The notes: generated from the letters alone by a model not told the origin. A DNA stretch of 62,525 nucleotides, filler included, from Stramenopiles sp. TOSAG23-3 (GCA_900128585.1; 18 parts of 18 records of this genome joined end to end with filler, not necessarily neighbours in it), one strand, 5' to 3'. Positions 34,680 through 46,262 are shown, numbered from the whole stretch's first letter. Program-made: numbers and translations.

Positions 34680-35223
34680 ATTGATGCTGTGTCATTATTA
34701 TTTTATTATAAAATTAAAAAAAAGAAGAAAAAAAGGAAGGAAAGAATGAANNNNNNNNNNNNNNNNNNNNNNNNNNNNNNNNNNNNNNNNNNNNTTAATT
34801 AATTAANNNNNNNNNNNNNNNNNNNNNNNNNNNNNNNNNNNNNNNNNNNNAAATGAGGTATTGTTGTATTGTATCATAGTTGGAGGTTGATGGAAATACA
34901 TAATAATTTGGAGAGAGAAATACGCAAGCGTAGTAGTGCTATAAAGAAATAATCGAGATATTCTACAATTTTAAGTAGAGATTGGTCAAAGATTTCTTCT
35001 TTGTGCTTACATTGAATGATTATTTAAACACCCTGTTTCCATTTCAGTTGGTTTCATTCCTTCTTTGAGGTTTGGGAATTGTGGAAGAATCGGGCGTATA
35101 GGGCGTGGGGGAAAAGGCTTGCGTTTCTAAAAACGTAGTACTACAATTCTACTGGGACGGACTTGTAGATAGATATCCCTTTTGTTTCTTTCCCCAAGGT
35201 GTAAGGCGTGGTGAGTGACAGGT

Positions 35224-36711
35224 ATGTCGGCGTCGCATGGGTTGGTGGTGAACGTTGATAGCAACGACATCACGGTGACGATGAAGGCCGAAGAGCACGG
35301 GGGAGAGAAAGTGGCGGTTCCGCAAGCCGGGGACCTTCTGGTCCGAACGGTCGCGGGACAACAGGGAGGCAACGCGATGGGCGCAAAGAACAGTAACAAA
35401 ATGAACATGAAAACTGCGAAGACGAAAAACAAGAGCATGGCAAGACCTGTGAAGGCAGGCAATGGCAACCACAAAGGGAAGAAAGCCCCGGGCGTATCGA
35501 AGAAACGGAAGGCGAAGCCGCACTTGGGCTCGAGGGCACGGGAAGCGAAGCGCAAGGAGCAAGTAATAAGGAACCGGGAAATGAGCAAGACCAGCCGGAC
35601 TCGGAAGGACATGCGGTTCAAGCTGCTGGAAACGGAAATGAGCGAGCTGCAGCACAAACTAGAAATTATCGTGGCCATGAGGAACTCTTACGACGGCAAG
35701 TCTATCGCAAGCGTTCACAACGCGCTGTTGGAGCATCACGAGTTTTGGAATAGGTTAGACAGCGTCGACAATCGAGCGTCGAGAGGAGTGGTGGTAGAGG
35801 AAACGAGGAAGCAGCAACTTTTGAAGGGTCTTATACCCGCCAGTGACCCCGAGGGCAACGGCCCCAGGTCGAGCCATATCAGTGCCGAGGGTTACCAGAA
35901 GAGCGCGGGGAGCGAAAGCATGCCGGACCTGTCTTACCTGCAGACCGATGGGGGCAGTGGGGCGGGGGCGCGGAAGGGCGAGAACGCCGACGTGGCGCCG
36001 CGGAACTCTTTGACGCGGCAGGCCGTGTCGATCATAGATGGGAGGGAGCTTACTTTCTTTCCGTCCAGAATTTTGGAAAATAGAGACGGGTCCCGAAAGC
36101 GTCCTTTTGTGTCGCCAATTGTGCTCTCGAACCAACGAATGCAACGGGCGCAGTGGCACAATGATTTCCTGCAGTTTTCAAACCTGCAGCACGCCCAGGA
36201 GGCGAGGCAACGTTTGCTGAAGTCCATAGACGACGTCTTGACAGACATGATGGACCAAGACGCGGTCCCCATAGCATTGCTGTGCAGCTACGAACCAGGG
36301 CGCGGGGGCAAGAATGTCTTGGAACCAGTCAAGCAAAAGGAACTGACAGGCAAATTAAGCGAGCTTTTCAAGGAATTGAACCTGTCGCAAGAGCAGAAAG
36401 CGCGGTTGAAAGGCTTGACCCTAGGGTCGCAGAAGGAATGCGTAAATTTAAAAGCCTCCGAGGTGATGTGCAAGCAGCTTCGCAATTTGCTTGACGAAGT
36501 TCACTCTGTTGTCTCCACCATTCAGTCGAAGATGATGGGACATTTTCCGAAGAGCAAGCGGGAAAAGTTCTTTCGCGTGACGCAAGCGAACATCACCTCG
36601 GTGGCGGGCTTGCCGATTGAGCCGAATAAGAAGGGCGTCCTGCGGGGCGGCGGTCTGCTGGGCAAAGTTGTCGAGGCTAGCTCCGGACCCCGCGGCTTTG
36701 CATTTTTTTAA
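35224..36711 (+). CDS. bZIP-like transcription factor
   Basis: RKEQVIRNREMSKTSRTRK basic region (N-x7-R) followed by heptads LLETEMSELQHKL. Confidence 0.65.
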   Translation: MSASHGLVVNVDSNDITVTMKAEEHGGEKVAVPQAGDLLVRTVAGQQGGNAMGAKNSNKMNMKTAKTKNKSMARPVKAGNGNHKGKKAPGVSKKRKAKPHLGSRAREAKRKEQVIRNREMSKTSRTRKDMRFKLLETEMSELQHKLEIIVAMRNSYDGKSIASVHNALLEHHEFWNRLDSVDNRASRGVVVEETRKQQLLKGLIPASDPEGNGPRSSHISAEGYQKSAGSESMPDLSYLQTDGGSGAGARKGENADVAPRNSLTRQAVSIIDGRELTFFPSRILENRDGSRKRPFVSPIVLSNQRMQRAQWHNDFLQFSNLQHAQEARQRLLKSIDDVLTDMMDQDAVPIALLCSYEPGRGGKNVLEPVKQKELTGKLSELFKELNLSQEQKARLKGLTLGSQKECVNLKASEVMCKQLRNLLDEVHSVVSTIQSKMMGHFPKSKREKFFRVTQANITSVAGLPIEPNKKGVLRGGGLLGKVVEASSGPRGFAFF

Positions 36712-36882
36712 AAGGGAGAGAGAGGAAGAGTTGTTTATGATGCGTTTGTGTGCACATAATATANNNNNNNNNNNNNNNNNNNNNNNNNNNNNNNNNNNNN
36801 NNNNNNNNNNNGTATTAATTGATATTAAAACGTATTATTGTGTGCATTTTTGGGACTTAATTAGAGGGAGTTCAAAAAAAAG

Positions 36883-37998
36883 TTATTTTTGGCTCGGTTC
36901 AACAAAATCAACGGCCAGCTGTGCCATTTTAAGGGCCCCATCGAACGACTTGTTCCCTCCAATAAAACCTGCGGAGTGGACGAAAACGCACCCATCGACC
37001 CCGGACTTGGCAGACAAGTCGTCATCGCGCAGTCCCCTCCATACAGACGGCAGGCTTTTTCGTTGGGCAAAGCTGTCCTGGGACGCAGGGGCGGCCTGGA
37101 CGCGCCACTTGCCTGTCTCCCTCGTCGACCCATCTTCCGGGTAGAGCACGTACAAAATTTGGCCCTCGGCACTCAGCGCCTTTTCAGTGTCGAAAAGGTG
37201 AGATTTCCAAGGGCAGTAATCGTCAAAGATAAGAATCTTCGAATTTTCTTCGATGCACTGGGTGACCGTTTTGACCACAATGCCGCGCGCGGGCAACCAA
37301 CTGGAGAAGTACCCATTCGCTTTATCGACGAACTCGCTTTGGGTCAGTTGCATGGCTTTCCGGAACATGTCGTTGCGCACGTCGTCGTCGCTCGGCTCGT
37401 TCCAGCTCGGGTTAAACCGGCTGACGCGGGCCGACAGCGTGGTTGTCACCGCGTAGTTCCTCTTGCCTTCACTGAATGCTTCAATGCCGTTGTCGATCCC
37501 ATCGATTTCTTCCACAAAATTCCTGTACACTTTTTCGTAGATTTCCTGCATATCTTTCTCGTCCACGTCTATCGGCTCACCGCTGTCGTTCACGTAGCAA
37601 CTTTTCGCAATCTCGCGCACAATGTCCTGACCGTAGTGTTTGTACACAAGCCCAGCGCTCGAAAGCTTCGTCTTGCACCCAATCTCAGAGTACACGGTGT
37701 CAAAGGATCGTTGGTGATGGTCGTACCGGTGCTGCTTGTGGTCGTACACGCCCCCAACGTCAACAACAATGGCGCACTTGTCCAAAATGCTGCCGTCCCT
37801 CGTCCGAACAATAGTAGCGTCCTTGTACTGCGGAAGCAGCTTTAACATGCCGCAAGCAAGGGCCTCGTCGCAGTGGAACGTCCCAGAGTGCGTCCCGATG
37901 GCCGTCTTCAACACGTCATCAGAGGCGTTCGAAAGGATCTTGCACGTATCCAAGATACGCTGCCTCTTTGCACCCAGCTGTTGAAATGCTAGCTTCAT
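36883..37998 (-). CDS. MYG1: MYG1 (UPF0160) exonuclease/metal-dependent hydrolase
   Basis: IGTHSGTFHCDE, VVDVGG, YDHHQR, KLSSAGLVYKHYG, WRGLRD and FVHSAGFIGG. Confidence 0.96.
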   Translation of the reverse strand: MKLAFQQLGAKRQRILDTCKILSNASDDVLKTAIGTHSGTFHCDEALACGMLKLLPQYKDATIVRTRDGSILDKCAIVVDVGGVYDHKQHRYDHHQRSFDTVYSEIGCKTKLSSAGLVYKHYGQDIVREIAKSCYVNDSGEPIDVDEKDMQEIYEKVYRNFVEEIDGIDNGIEAFSEGKRNYAVTTTLSARVSRFNPSWNEPSDDDVRNDMFRKAMQLTQSEFVDKANGYFSSWLPARGIVVKTVTQCIEENSKILIFDDYCPWKSHLFDTEKALSAEGQILYVLYPEDGSTRETGKWRVQAAPASQDSFAQRKSLPSVWRGLRDDDLSAKSGVDGCVFVHSAGFIGGNKSFDGALKMAQLAVDFVEPSQK

Positions 37999-38327
37999 TC
38001 GGAATTGGGCGGACCGAAGAACGACTGAACGTACGTACGAACGAACGAAAAGAGGAGGACTTTAGCAAAAAAATGTGATATCACTGTAAAATTAAATAGA
38101 ACGAATAGAAATAGCAATTCAAGTATAAAAAACCGAAAATACAAAATATCCATTTATTTCTTCGTTCTTACATTCTCACATTTTCTGTCTGTCTGTCTCT
38201 TTCTTTCTTTCTTTCTTTCTTTCTTTCNNNNNNNNNNNNNNNNNNNNNNNNNNNNNNNNNNNNNNNNNNNNTTAATTAATTAANNNNNNNNNNNNNNNNN
38301 NNNNNNNNNNNNNNNNNNNNNNNNNNN

Positions 38328-38676
38328 CTGGTATGTAGCCACCCAGGGCTTTGCGTAAAGCAGGCGACGCTTTCCACTGGCCTTTCGTCTTCCCCTTTTT
38401 TATTTGCAAGTCTACAAGCGTCTGTATGTTCGCCGGAAGGGGTGATTTAGGGCGAGATTCTTCCCGGTTTCTTTCCGCACGCAAAAGAGCAGCTTTGTGC
38501 AAATACTTTCCCGGATTGTACGCGGACGCAGTCTCGTCCCCCCGGGCCATACGAGACGGTAAACTTCCCGTCAACGCCCTTGAAAAATGATCAAACTCCT
38601 TCATCTGTTCTTTCTCCGCCATCGTCAAGTGCCTCCCTTGCCCGGAGGCCTTGTTGAGTGCTGCCAAAGCGTCCAT
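38328..38676 (-). CDS. Hypothetical protein N-terminus, 3'-truncated
   Basis: ATG in a gccATGG context. GC-richer open frame runs to the contig edge. Confidence 0.55.
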
Positions 38677-40459
38677 GGCGAGCGAAACGAAGTAACAACA
38701 CGAAAACAACTGTTCACACCACCCCAACCCCGCAGTGAAAACGTCTACTGGGAGTATTACTCAATACCCTGGTGCCAAATCCCTTGCCTTCCACACAAAC
38801 ACTTTCCTGTGACACTAACGTTATATTGATTCTAGTTTATACACTCTGGTGAATTTTTCTTCTATACTTTACGTTCTCTTTTTCTTTGTGGTATAATATT
38901 AATAGTAAAAAAAATGTTATTTTATAATAGACTAACAACAATAAAAAATAATAATAACAACTTCTTTTTTTATGTTACAGTAATAATAATAATAGACTAG
39001 TATTAATAATAATAATAAAATAATAAAAAAAAAAAAATCATCATCGTTTTTTTTTATTTTTTTTTTGAGTATTTTTTTAGTATAATAATAAATGACCGAG
39101 TTACGGTAGTATTATAGTAGCGTAGTAGAAATAAAATATATTTAATAATAAATAAAAAATAAAAAAAAAGAAGAAAAAAAGAAGAATGTTGTCGTGTTGT
39201 CATTATTTGTCATAATAAAAATATTTTTAATTTTATTATTCTTCCAATTATAGCTCTATATGATAATGCCTTATATTAAGCTTATAGAAAGAAGGAAGAA
39301 GAATTTTAATTGTTGTATGAAGAGGTAACGGCCGATGCATCTTCTCAGCATCTCAGCCGATACAGTAATTAAATATTATTTCGATATATAAATATTTATT
39401 GTTATATTTTTTTATTACAGTATTACAGTACAGTATCAAATAAGAAGAAAGAAGAAGAAGACGAAGAAAAAAGAAAGAAGAAAGAAGAAAGAAGAAGAAA
39501 AAAGAAGAAAGAAAAAAGAAGAAGAAAAGAAGCCTTCTTTCTCTCTTCTTCTTCCAGCTATAACGCATATGTATAAACTAAACACATTGTTCCTATGTAA
39601 TTAAATTTATAAGTATACAAAAGGTGAATTATAAGAAGTGATGCTGTTCTCCTGTATACTTTTTTTTTCTCTCAGCTCTTTGATGGAAGAGATATAAGAT
39701 GCGCGGCAAATCAATATAATATAAATAGGTAAAACTAAATAGTAGTATACTTATAATGAGTATGTAATGACAGACATAATTGTATTTATAGAACACCTTT
39801 AGTATACTTTAGCAAATATTATATAGACATAAGAAAAGAACAGGAATAACAATGAATTTCAATGCTATTTCCATATATTCTAAATTTGGAGGCAAAAACT
39901 TTTTTCAAAAAAAAAGGAAAAGGGCGCGCCAAATGAAAAAGCCCACATAGCATTGAATATTGGATTTACGAAGATGAACTTGATGCTGTGCTTCTGTTGT
40001 ACTCAGTTCATTGGCTTACATAGCAAGCAGCGGAGAAAATAATAATTTTTCAATAAAAGAAAGATACTCTCTCGCTCTAGCTATGTATGTGACTGACACA
40101 ATATATGAATATAGGTAGTGAATAAATAATAATACCCCGATACGACGGACGGACGACAGAGACGACGCCAAGAAGAACGAAGCAAGACCAAGAAGAAAGA
40201 AGAAGACAACAAACACATTACATCATTCATATTATATCATCATGATGGATGGATGCAAAAATTTCAATTTTCAATTTTCAATCATTTTTTTACAAGCCTC
40301 TCATCTCTCTCTTACTGTTTGAACAATGGATGGAAGATTCATTAAACAGTTTAAGATTTTTAAGCATCACTTATTGTTACCAATACCATATAAATCTAAA
40401 CCGGAAATCCATCGTTTTCCTGTGCTTTTGTTATCTGTTTAGTTTCAAACGAACGCAAG

Positions 40460-41703
40460 ATGTCGGGGACAAACATGTATGCCGCGGGTAAAGGCGGGTA
40501 TCGAAAGAAGAAGAGTCTTCACACCGGCGGGGCCAGCAGGCGACGCCGTAGTGTAAAATCCTCTCACACAGGCGCTTCGCGGTTTTCGGACGATAACGAC
40601 AAACCAGTGCGCCAAGATGGGGGCAACGCAAACGCGCGTTCTGAGCTGGAAGAAAGTAGAAAGGAGTTCCGGCTGCAGCGGCAAGCAGAGGCGCGCGCGT
40701 TTGACGAGGCGTTTGGTTTCTCAACCTTTGCCGAGCCTGGACAAGAGAAGGAAGGGTGGCTGTTAAACTTGCTGCCGACGACAGTCATACGGGACGGGGA
40801 GAATGAAGAGGCCGCCGTCGACGTGTACTTCCTGCAACAGGACGGGGGTACGTTTCGCGTGACTATTCTCCACCAGCCGCATTTCTACATTAGGGTCGAA
40901 GACCACTTTTTGAAGGACGTCGTTGGAATGCTGGAACGGCGTTTCGAGGGCCAGTTTAGCCGGATCGACAAGGTTGAAAAAGTTGACCTTGAGTTCCCAA
41001 ACCACCTTGTAGGCCTTAATCCGACGTACTTGAAGCTTTCATTCCCAAACGTACAAAATTTAATGAATGTACGGAAAACAATTTTGCCAGCAGTGGAGAA
41101 GAATCGTGAAAATTCGAAAACGCAAAACGTGTACGCGAACTTTGCAGAAAATGGCCAATCGGGGAACGACCTGAAGGTGCCCGACAATATATGGGAGTGC
41201 GTGTACGATATTCGTGAATACGATGTCCCGTATTACGTCCGGGCGGCCATTGACCTTGACCTGCGCGCGGGGGCGTGGTACGATGTCAAATGCGCCAATG
41301 ACGGTGCCGTCACGGCCCACAAGAAGGACATGTTAGTAAAAGCAGAACCTCGGGTATTGGCCTTTGATATTGAGTGCACGAAGGCGCCGTTGAAGTTCCC
41401 AAACGCGGACACCGACCAAGTGTTTATGATATCCTACATGTTCGATGGCCAAGGCTACCTTATTATCAACAGGGAAGTTGTGTCGGAAGACATCGATGAT
41501 TTCGAGTACACCCCGAAGCCGCAGTACCATGGTCCTTTTATTGTGTTTAACGAAGAGAACGAAAAAGATTTGCTGGTGCGGTTTTTCGAGCACTGCCAAG
41601 AGCTTCGGCCGAACATTTGGGTGACGTACAATGGAGACTTTTTCGACTGGCCGTTTATCGAAAAAAGGGCGCTAAAGTACAACATCATAATGGACAAAGA
41701 GAT
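40460..41703 (+). CDS. POLE: DNA polymerase epsilon catalytic subunit, N-terminal part
   Basis: GWLLN, YFLQQDGGTF, DIREYDVPYYVR, LAFDIECTKAPLKFP (ExoI), MISYM, DFEYTPKP and VTYNGDFFDWPF (ExoII). Confidence 0.97.
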
Positions 41704-41862
41704 NNNNNNNNNNNNNNNNNNNNNNNNNNNNNNNNNNNNNNNNNNNNTTAATTAATTAANNNNNNNNNNNNNNNNNNNNNNNNNNNNNNNNNNNNNNNNN
41801 NNNATTCAAAGCGTGTTCTAGAAGCATTATAGAGAGGTTAAATTCATTATCCGGCACGAAGA

Positions 41863-42801
41863 ATGTTTCTCTCGAGGGCAAACCTGCGTACGTTTGCCAG
41901 GCTCGGTGCATTTTCTACGAGGCCGTTGCCCCAAACCGTAGGCGACCAGAGATGCAAATACAACTTTTCAAGCGGTCGTAAGCTGCGTTCGTTTAATCTG
42001 TTGGATGCAATGTCCACGAAGTCTTTACCCCAAACCATCAGTGAACAGAGATGCAGCTACCGTTTTTCAAGTAGGCGTAGGGCTACAATGATGGGCGCAA
42101 GTTGTTTTGCCCGGCAACATATGTTGAATAGCTCGCTGGGGCTCGCTGCAGTTCCATCCCATTTTTTCCGGCAGCCTTGTCGACCTTTCGTGGGTACCAC
42201 AGCTGGCCCAGACTTCTACAGTTTACTTGGAGTCAAGTCTACCGCCTCAGCAGCGGAGATCAAGAAGGCGTACTTTAAAATGGCAAAAGAGACCCACCCA
42301 GACTTAAACAGGGACAATCCCGTTGCCAAAGAAAGGTTTCAAAAGGTGAATGACGCGTATTCTGTCTTGAAAAATAGTTCGAAACGGAAGCAGTACGATC
42401 GTCACAGACGTTCCGGCGATTATACAGAGTGGGCTCAGCACGAAAACTATGGTAGTCGTCAACAGGAACAGGAAGATATGTTTAAATCTGTTTGGGCAGA
42501 TTTTGGAGTAGAAGATTATATTACAAATCTAAAGGAGGAATTGTCAGGGGCGGTTGAAGACGTTAAAAAACGTGGTGATTGGACTCGTGTTCATGAATTT
42601 GCTAGTGAGCATCGAGTACTGATCCTTGGTGTTGTCGTTCCCCTGGCGGCGGCTTTACGATTCCCAGGTCTGGTTATGGCAGGTCTGCGCGTCGCCCTTT
42701 TTGTGCCGGGGGTGTTGTGGGCCTCTTTACCACCTATAGTCAAGCTGGCGGTCGGAAGTCATCTTTGGCGATTACTTGTGTCAAAATCACAACGAAACTG
42801 A
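41863..42801 (+). CDS. J-domain protein with a probable mitochondrial presequence and C-terminal hydrophobic segments
   Basis: DFYSLLGV...EIKKAYFKMAKETHPD...FQKVNDAYSVL...KRKQYD. Arg/Ser-rich N-terminus. Confidence 0.9.
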   Translation: MFLSRANLRTFARLGAFSTRPLPQTVGDQRCKYNFSSGRKLRSFNLLDAMSTKSLPQTISEQRCSYRFSSRRRATMMGASCFARQHMLNSSLGLAAVPSHFFRQPCRPFVGTTAGPDFYSLLGVKSTASAAEIKKAYFKMAKETHPDLNRDNPVAKERFQKVNDAYSVLKNSSKRKQYDRHRRSGDYTEWAQHENYGSRQQEQEDMFKSVWADFGVEDYITNLKEELSGAVEDVKKRGDWTRVHEFASEHRVLILGVVVPLAAALRFPGLVMAGLRVALFVPGVLWASLPPIVKLAVGSHLWRLLVSKSQRN

Positions 42802-42810
42802 TGAAGAAGA

Positions 42811-42871
42811 AATAAAACAAGAAAATTGGCTGTTATTTAAGTAATTAAATTTAGCGTCCTCATACCCTAAT
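42811..42871 (+). repeat. Dispersed conserved 3'-flank element, reference copy
   Basis: aataaaacaagaaaattggctgttatttaagtaattaaatttagcgtcctcataccctaat, starting 10 nt after the DnaJ stop. Confidence 0.8.
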
Positions 42872-43016
42872 AATCGTGCCCAGTAAACAAAAGCAAATGC
42901 CATTGAGTGTAAGTATTTGTCGTTACTCTTAATTTTTATACCGGGGGCGGTGTGTAAATAATAAATTTGGTTCTTATGACTTTAACACGCGCAGCAATAT
43001 TTAAAATTTAAAAATA

Positions 43017-45176
43017 TCATTTATGCGGAACCACCTTTGTCAACGAAACAGGATGATTTTGATTTCTATTCATAGCTTCCCTGGAACGTTCACGTTTTAA
43101 TCGTTTTCTTCCCTTCCTTATCTTTCTTTGACGAATTGAAGCCCAGCACGCGACCATAAGGTCTTTCCCGAAAACTGCAAAAGCAACCGCAAAGACGACG
43201 ACCCCTACCCAACCGACAACATGCAAAAAAACGTTCAACGCCGGCCATCTGGCCGCGACGATTTCTTCCGTGATGCTTACTTTCTTGCTAACACTACTTG
43301 ATGGTGTAATCAAACTTGTATTGCCAAGACGCAAGGAACTGTTCGTAACATTGCCAAGACGCAAGGAACTGTTCGTAACATTGGCCGCCACAACACTTGC
43401 TTCCTCGGGGGATAGGGATGCCTCAAGCATTTCATTGGACAATCCCACGATCAAAAAACAGAGTTCCCCGATGGATAGGGCGACTTCGAGCAAATTGTTC
43501 GTGCCACATCGTTTCCAGGAGAAGTTGGGAGAATCTTCATTTTCGACCGCCGATACCCTGTCCTGTATTTCTTTGTCCGTCAAGTATGGCTGTGCGCGTA
43601 CCGTTGCCCCCAAGTGCGCTGCGATGAGCACCATCTGCATCGATAGCTGAAGGGAACGGTTCACGTGAAAGCAAACTACAACCAAGACTACACAAACTTT
43701 GCGAGAGATCACGACGGTTTCCCAATAGTACTTGCTAGCACGGTACTTCTCAAAAACCCAGCCAAACCGTTGGCGGTCGTCGCAATGTGAACATTCGTAG
43801 CACGGAGCACCGTCATTGTATCGTTTGCACGCACTCTTGTCCACCCATTGAGGTCGTCCCAACATGCAACAGCAGAGTTTGCCACTGCTCTTCGTACACG
43901 TGCAACCGAACACTTTCCTTGCTCCAACTACAGACGGCGCCACGAGGTAGAACAGTAGGCTGCAGATTGCCAAGACAACCATCAAAGCCCAAGGGCTGTC
44001 GGTTTCCAAATTGCACTCGTACTCTGGCGCGATGTTCAATGTCGTAACCTGCAGTTCGGGCTGCTCGGTACAAACGAACGCTTCCAAAGATTGCTGGACT
44101 CCAATTGGAAACAGACTCACAAAATACAGAAACACGGCAACGGCAACCAGCAAGTTCCGTGTCTTTCGCGCTTTCATTTCGTAGTATTTCGTCAGCCCAG
44201 GGTCGCGCAACGCCTTGCGGCGAAAGTTGGCTTGCTTCACAAAATGGGTCAGCAAAAAGACCGCCACAAAAATGATTGGCATTGCCATTTTCATCGCATA
44301 CACATCTTTCGGCTCGAACTTCCATTCGCACTCTGGCGACGTCATAAAGGACTGGATGTCCAGCATGACAAATCGTAACATGGAATCTATGATCTCTCTC
44401 ACCGCGGCGGGCAATTGCACCAGATTGAGCGAGGGAAAGTAAAACCCAAGGGTGATAACGCGGCTCGCAATGACAGAGAAAACCAGTCCAACTTTTCGCC
44501 CAGCAGTCCGGTTGGCGATGGAGGCCAACGAACCAAGACTTCGGGATCGCTTTATACTTCTCTTTTTCTGGTCCTGCCCCGTTTCCGCCGCAGTTTGGTC
44601 ATTTGTTTCGTACGCCGTCGCTTCTTCCAGGCCGCCCTGAAGGAGTTCAATGCCGCCAAAAAAAATTACAACTAGGGTAATCCAGAACGCAAGGCTGGAA
44701 TCCGGGCACTGAGCACAGGTCCCGTCGTCTGTCGTGTAGAACTGTGGTGCACAGGCGGCGCAGGCGCGGCCCGCACGTCCCGGAAGGCACTCACTTCCGC
44801 CCAAGCAGTGGTTTTCGTTCGCGCACAAGAAGCAGCCCGGCGCGGCTTCGGCATTGTTCCATGACCCGATTGGGCACGGGAGGCACTGGGCTTCGTTGGT
44901 TGCGCCTGGATTGGGGCCGTAGGTTCCGGCGGTGCAGGGGGTGCATGCTGTCTGCGTTGGGTTTGTAAACGTTCCGGGTTGGCAAGTAGTCGTGCAAAAC
45001 GTGCCTTCGTTTTGATTTGGTTTCGGATAACAACTTATGAAGGGTGTTACAGTGCATGGGTTGGAAGCGCAGGTCGTTGGGCTTACGTATTTGTCGGCGC
45101 CCCCACTCCCATCGTACCCGTAGAAGGCGTGGGATCCACTAACATCCGTAAAATTGGTGTTGACAATTGCGATGGA
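43017..45176 (-). CDS. Multi-pass membrane protein with extracellular Cys-rich CxxCxxG(T/S)(Y/F/W) (GCC2/GCC3-like) repeats, 5'-truncated
   Basis: Frame is open to the contig edge (CQPGTF, CTPCTAGTY, CLPCPIGSW, GRAGRACAACAPQFY). About 9 TM segments with FGWVFEKYRASKYYWE and AQPY motifs. Confidence 0.85.
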   Translation of the reverse strand, partial: SIAIVNTNFTDVSGSHAFYGYDGSGGADKYVSPTTCASNPCTVTPFISCYPKPNQNEGTFCTTTCQPGTFTNPTQTACTPCTAGTYGPNPGATNEAQCLPCPIGSWNNAEAAPGCFLCANENHCLGGSECLPGRAGRACAACAPQFYTTDDGTCAQCPDSSLAFWITLVVIFFGGIELLQGGLEEATAYETNDQTAAETGQDQKKRSIKRSRSLGSLASIANRTAGRKVGLVFSVIASRVITLGFYFPSLNLVQLPAAVREIIDSMLRFVMLDIQSFMTSPECEWKFEPKDVYAMKMAMPIIFVAVFLLTHFVKQANFRRKALRDPGLTKYYEMKARKTRNLLVAVAVFLYFVSLFPIGVQQSLEAFVCTEQPELQVTTLNIAPEYECNLETDSPWALMVVLAICSLLFYLVAPSVVGARKVFGCTCTKSSGKLCCCMLGRPQWVDKSACKRYNDGAPCYECSHCDDRQRFGWVFEKYRASKYYWETVVISRKVCVVLVVVCFHVNRSLQLSMQMVLIAAHLGATVRAQPYLTDKEIQDRVSAVENEDSPNFSWKRCGTNNLLEVALSIGELCFLIVGLSNEMLEASLSPEEASVVAANVTNSSLRLGNVTNSSLRLGNTSLITPSSSVSKKVSITEEIVAARWPALNVFLHVVGWVGVVVFAVAFAVFGKDLMVACWASIRQRKIRKGRKRLKRERSREAMNRNQNHPVSLTKVVPHK
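43320..43383. repeat. Perfect 30-nt in-frame tandem duplication (NVTNSSLRLG x2)
   Basis: attgccaagacgcaaggaactgttcgtaac occurs twice in tandem. Confidence 0.95.
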
Positions 45177-45300
45177 GGNNNNNNNNNNNNNNNNNNNNNN
45201 NNNNNNNNNNNNNNNNNNNNNNTTAATTAATTAANNNNNNNNNNNNNNNNNNNNNNNNNNNNNNNNNNNNNNNNNNNNTTCTTCTTTTTTTTTTGTTCAG

Positions 45301-45870
45301 CCCACGTCCGTTCTCGTGCCAAAAGTTGTCGATGCTTGTCGGGGCCACAAGTCTCCCTTGACAGGTGAACAGGTAATTGTCGTTGCAGCAGGGGGGATAT
45401 TCGATGGACGGGGCCTTGCCATGGCGCTATCTATGGGGGCATCGGGTGTTTGGGTTGGGACTCGCTTTATCAATGCCGAAGAAGCCGGCGCTGGACCCTA
45501 TCACCAACGGCTCGTCATGAAAGCGGGTTACACAGATACCGTCCGGACGATTATATACACGGGGCGACCGATGCGAGTCTTCAACACACCGTTTGTCAAC
45601 GATTGGCATACCAACAAGCAAGACGTTATCAAACGAACCACGGCGAAGGGAAAGCTTCCCGTACCGTACGGTAACGAACGAAACTCTGTTGTTGAACCAC
45701 TCGACGACGATGCGCCAGTCACCGAATGGATGGCCCGAAGAGCATTTTTGATGGGCCAAGCTGCTGGTGCAATTGAAGATGTGCTACCCGCAAAAACAAT
45801 CGTTGAAAACATGGTCAGCGTTGCTGTAGAGCACATAAAAGTAGTCAATCGTATGGTGTGTAGGCTTTAG
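45301..45870 (+). CDS. Nitronate monooxygenase (2-nitropropane dioxygenase family), last exon
   Basis: VVAAGGIFDGRGLAMALSMGASGVWVGTRF, YTGRPMR and MGQAAGAI. Preceded by a polypyrimidine tract and CAG acceptor ending at 45300. Confidence 0.92.
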   Translation, partial: PTSVLVPKVVDACRGHKSPLTGEQVIVVAAGGIFDGRGLAMALSMGASGVWVGTRFINAEEAGAGPYHQRLVMKAGYTDTVRTIIYTGRPMRVFNTPFVNDWHTNKQDVIKRTTAKGKLPVPYGNERNSVVEPLDDDAPVTEWMARRAFLMGQAAGAIEDVLPAKTIVENMVSVAVEHIKVVNRMVCRL

Positions 45871-46262
45871 GAATAGGATACGTTGGGGGTTTCTCCGTGT
45901 TCTAATATAAACTCTTGTCGTGGGTTGTTTTTGATTATCAGAGAGAGTTTACACTCATACCATGTTGTTGTTGCAGTGGTGTATAATTAGAATTTTTATT
46001 ATTTTTTTTTTTCCATCATCATCATCGTCCTCCTCCTACTCTCCTCTCCGTATTTTTTTTTCTTTTTCTTCTTCTTTATACATCCACACCAACAACCAGG
46101 AGGTACTTTTCTCTCCTCTGTCTTCTTCAACTTTGAAGTAGAAACATTTTTTATTGAACGAATATTTACAAACGAAGACATCTCTAACAGCTTTTGTTTT
46201 ATTGCTTTTGTTTTAAGGAAGGCATACAGGGGTATAAGGACTACTGAGAGGTTTGGTTGACA

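Noticed and set aside
31373-34750. RecQ contig bounded by perfect 79-nt terminal inverted repeats, suggesting a transposon, linear plasmid or nanochromosome
   Set aside because: The copies are identical and end exactly at the contig ends. Their length is close to a typical assembly k-mer. The right copy cuts RecQ inside its RQC region, and there is no transposase. A matching 80-nt inversion ends another contig. An inversion chimera or assembly-graph loop explains it best.
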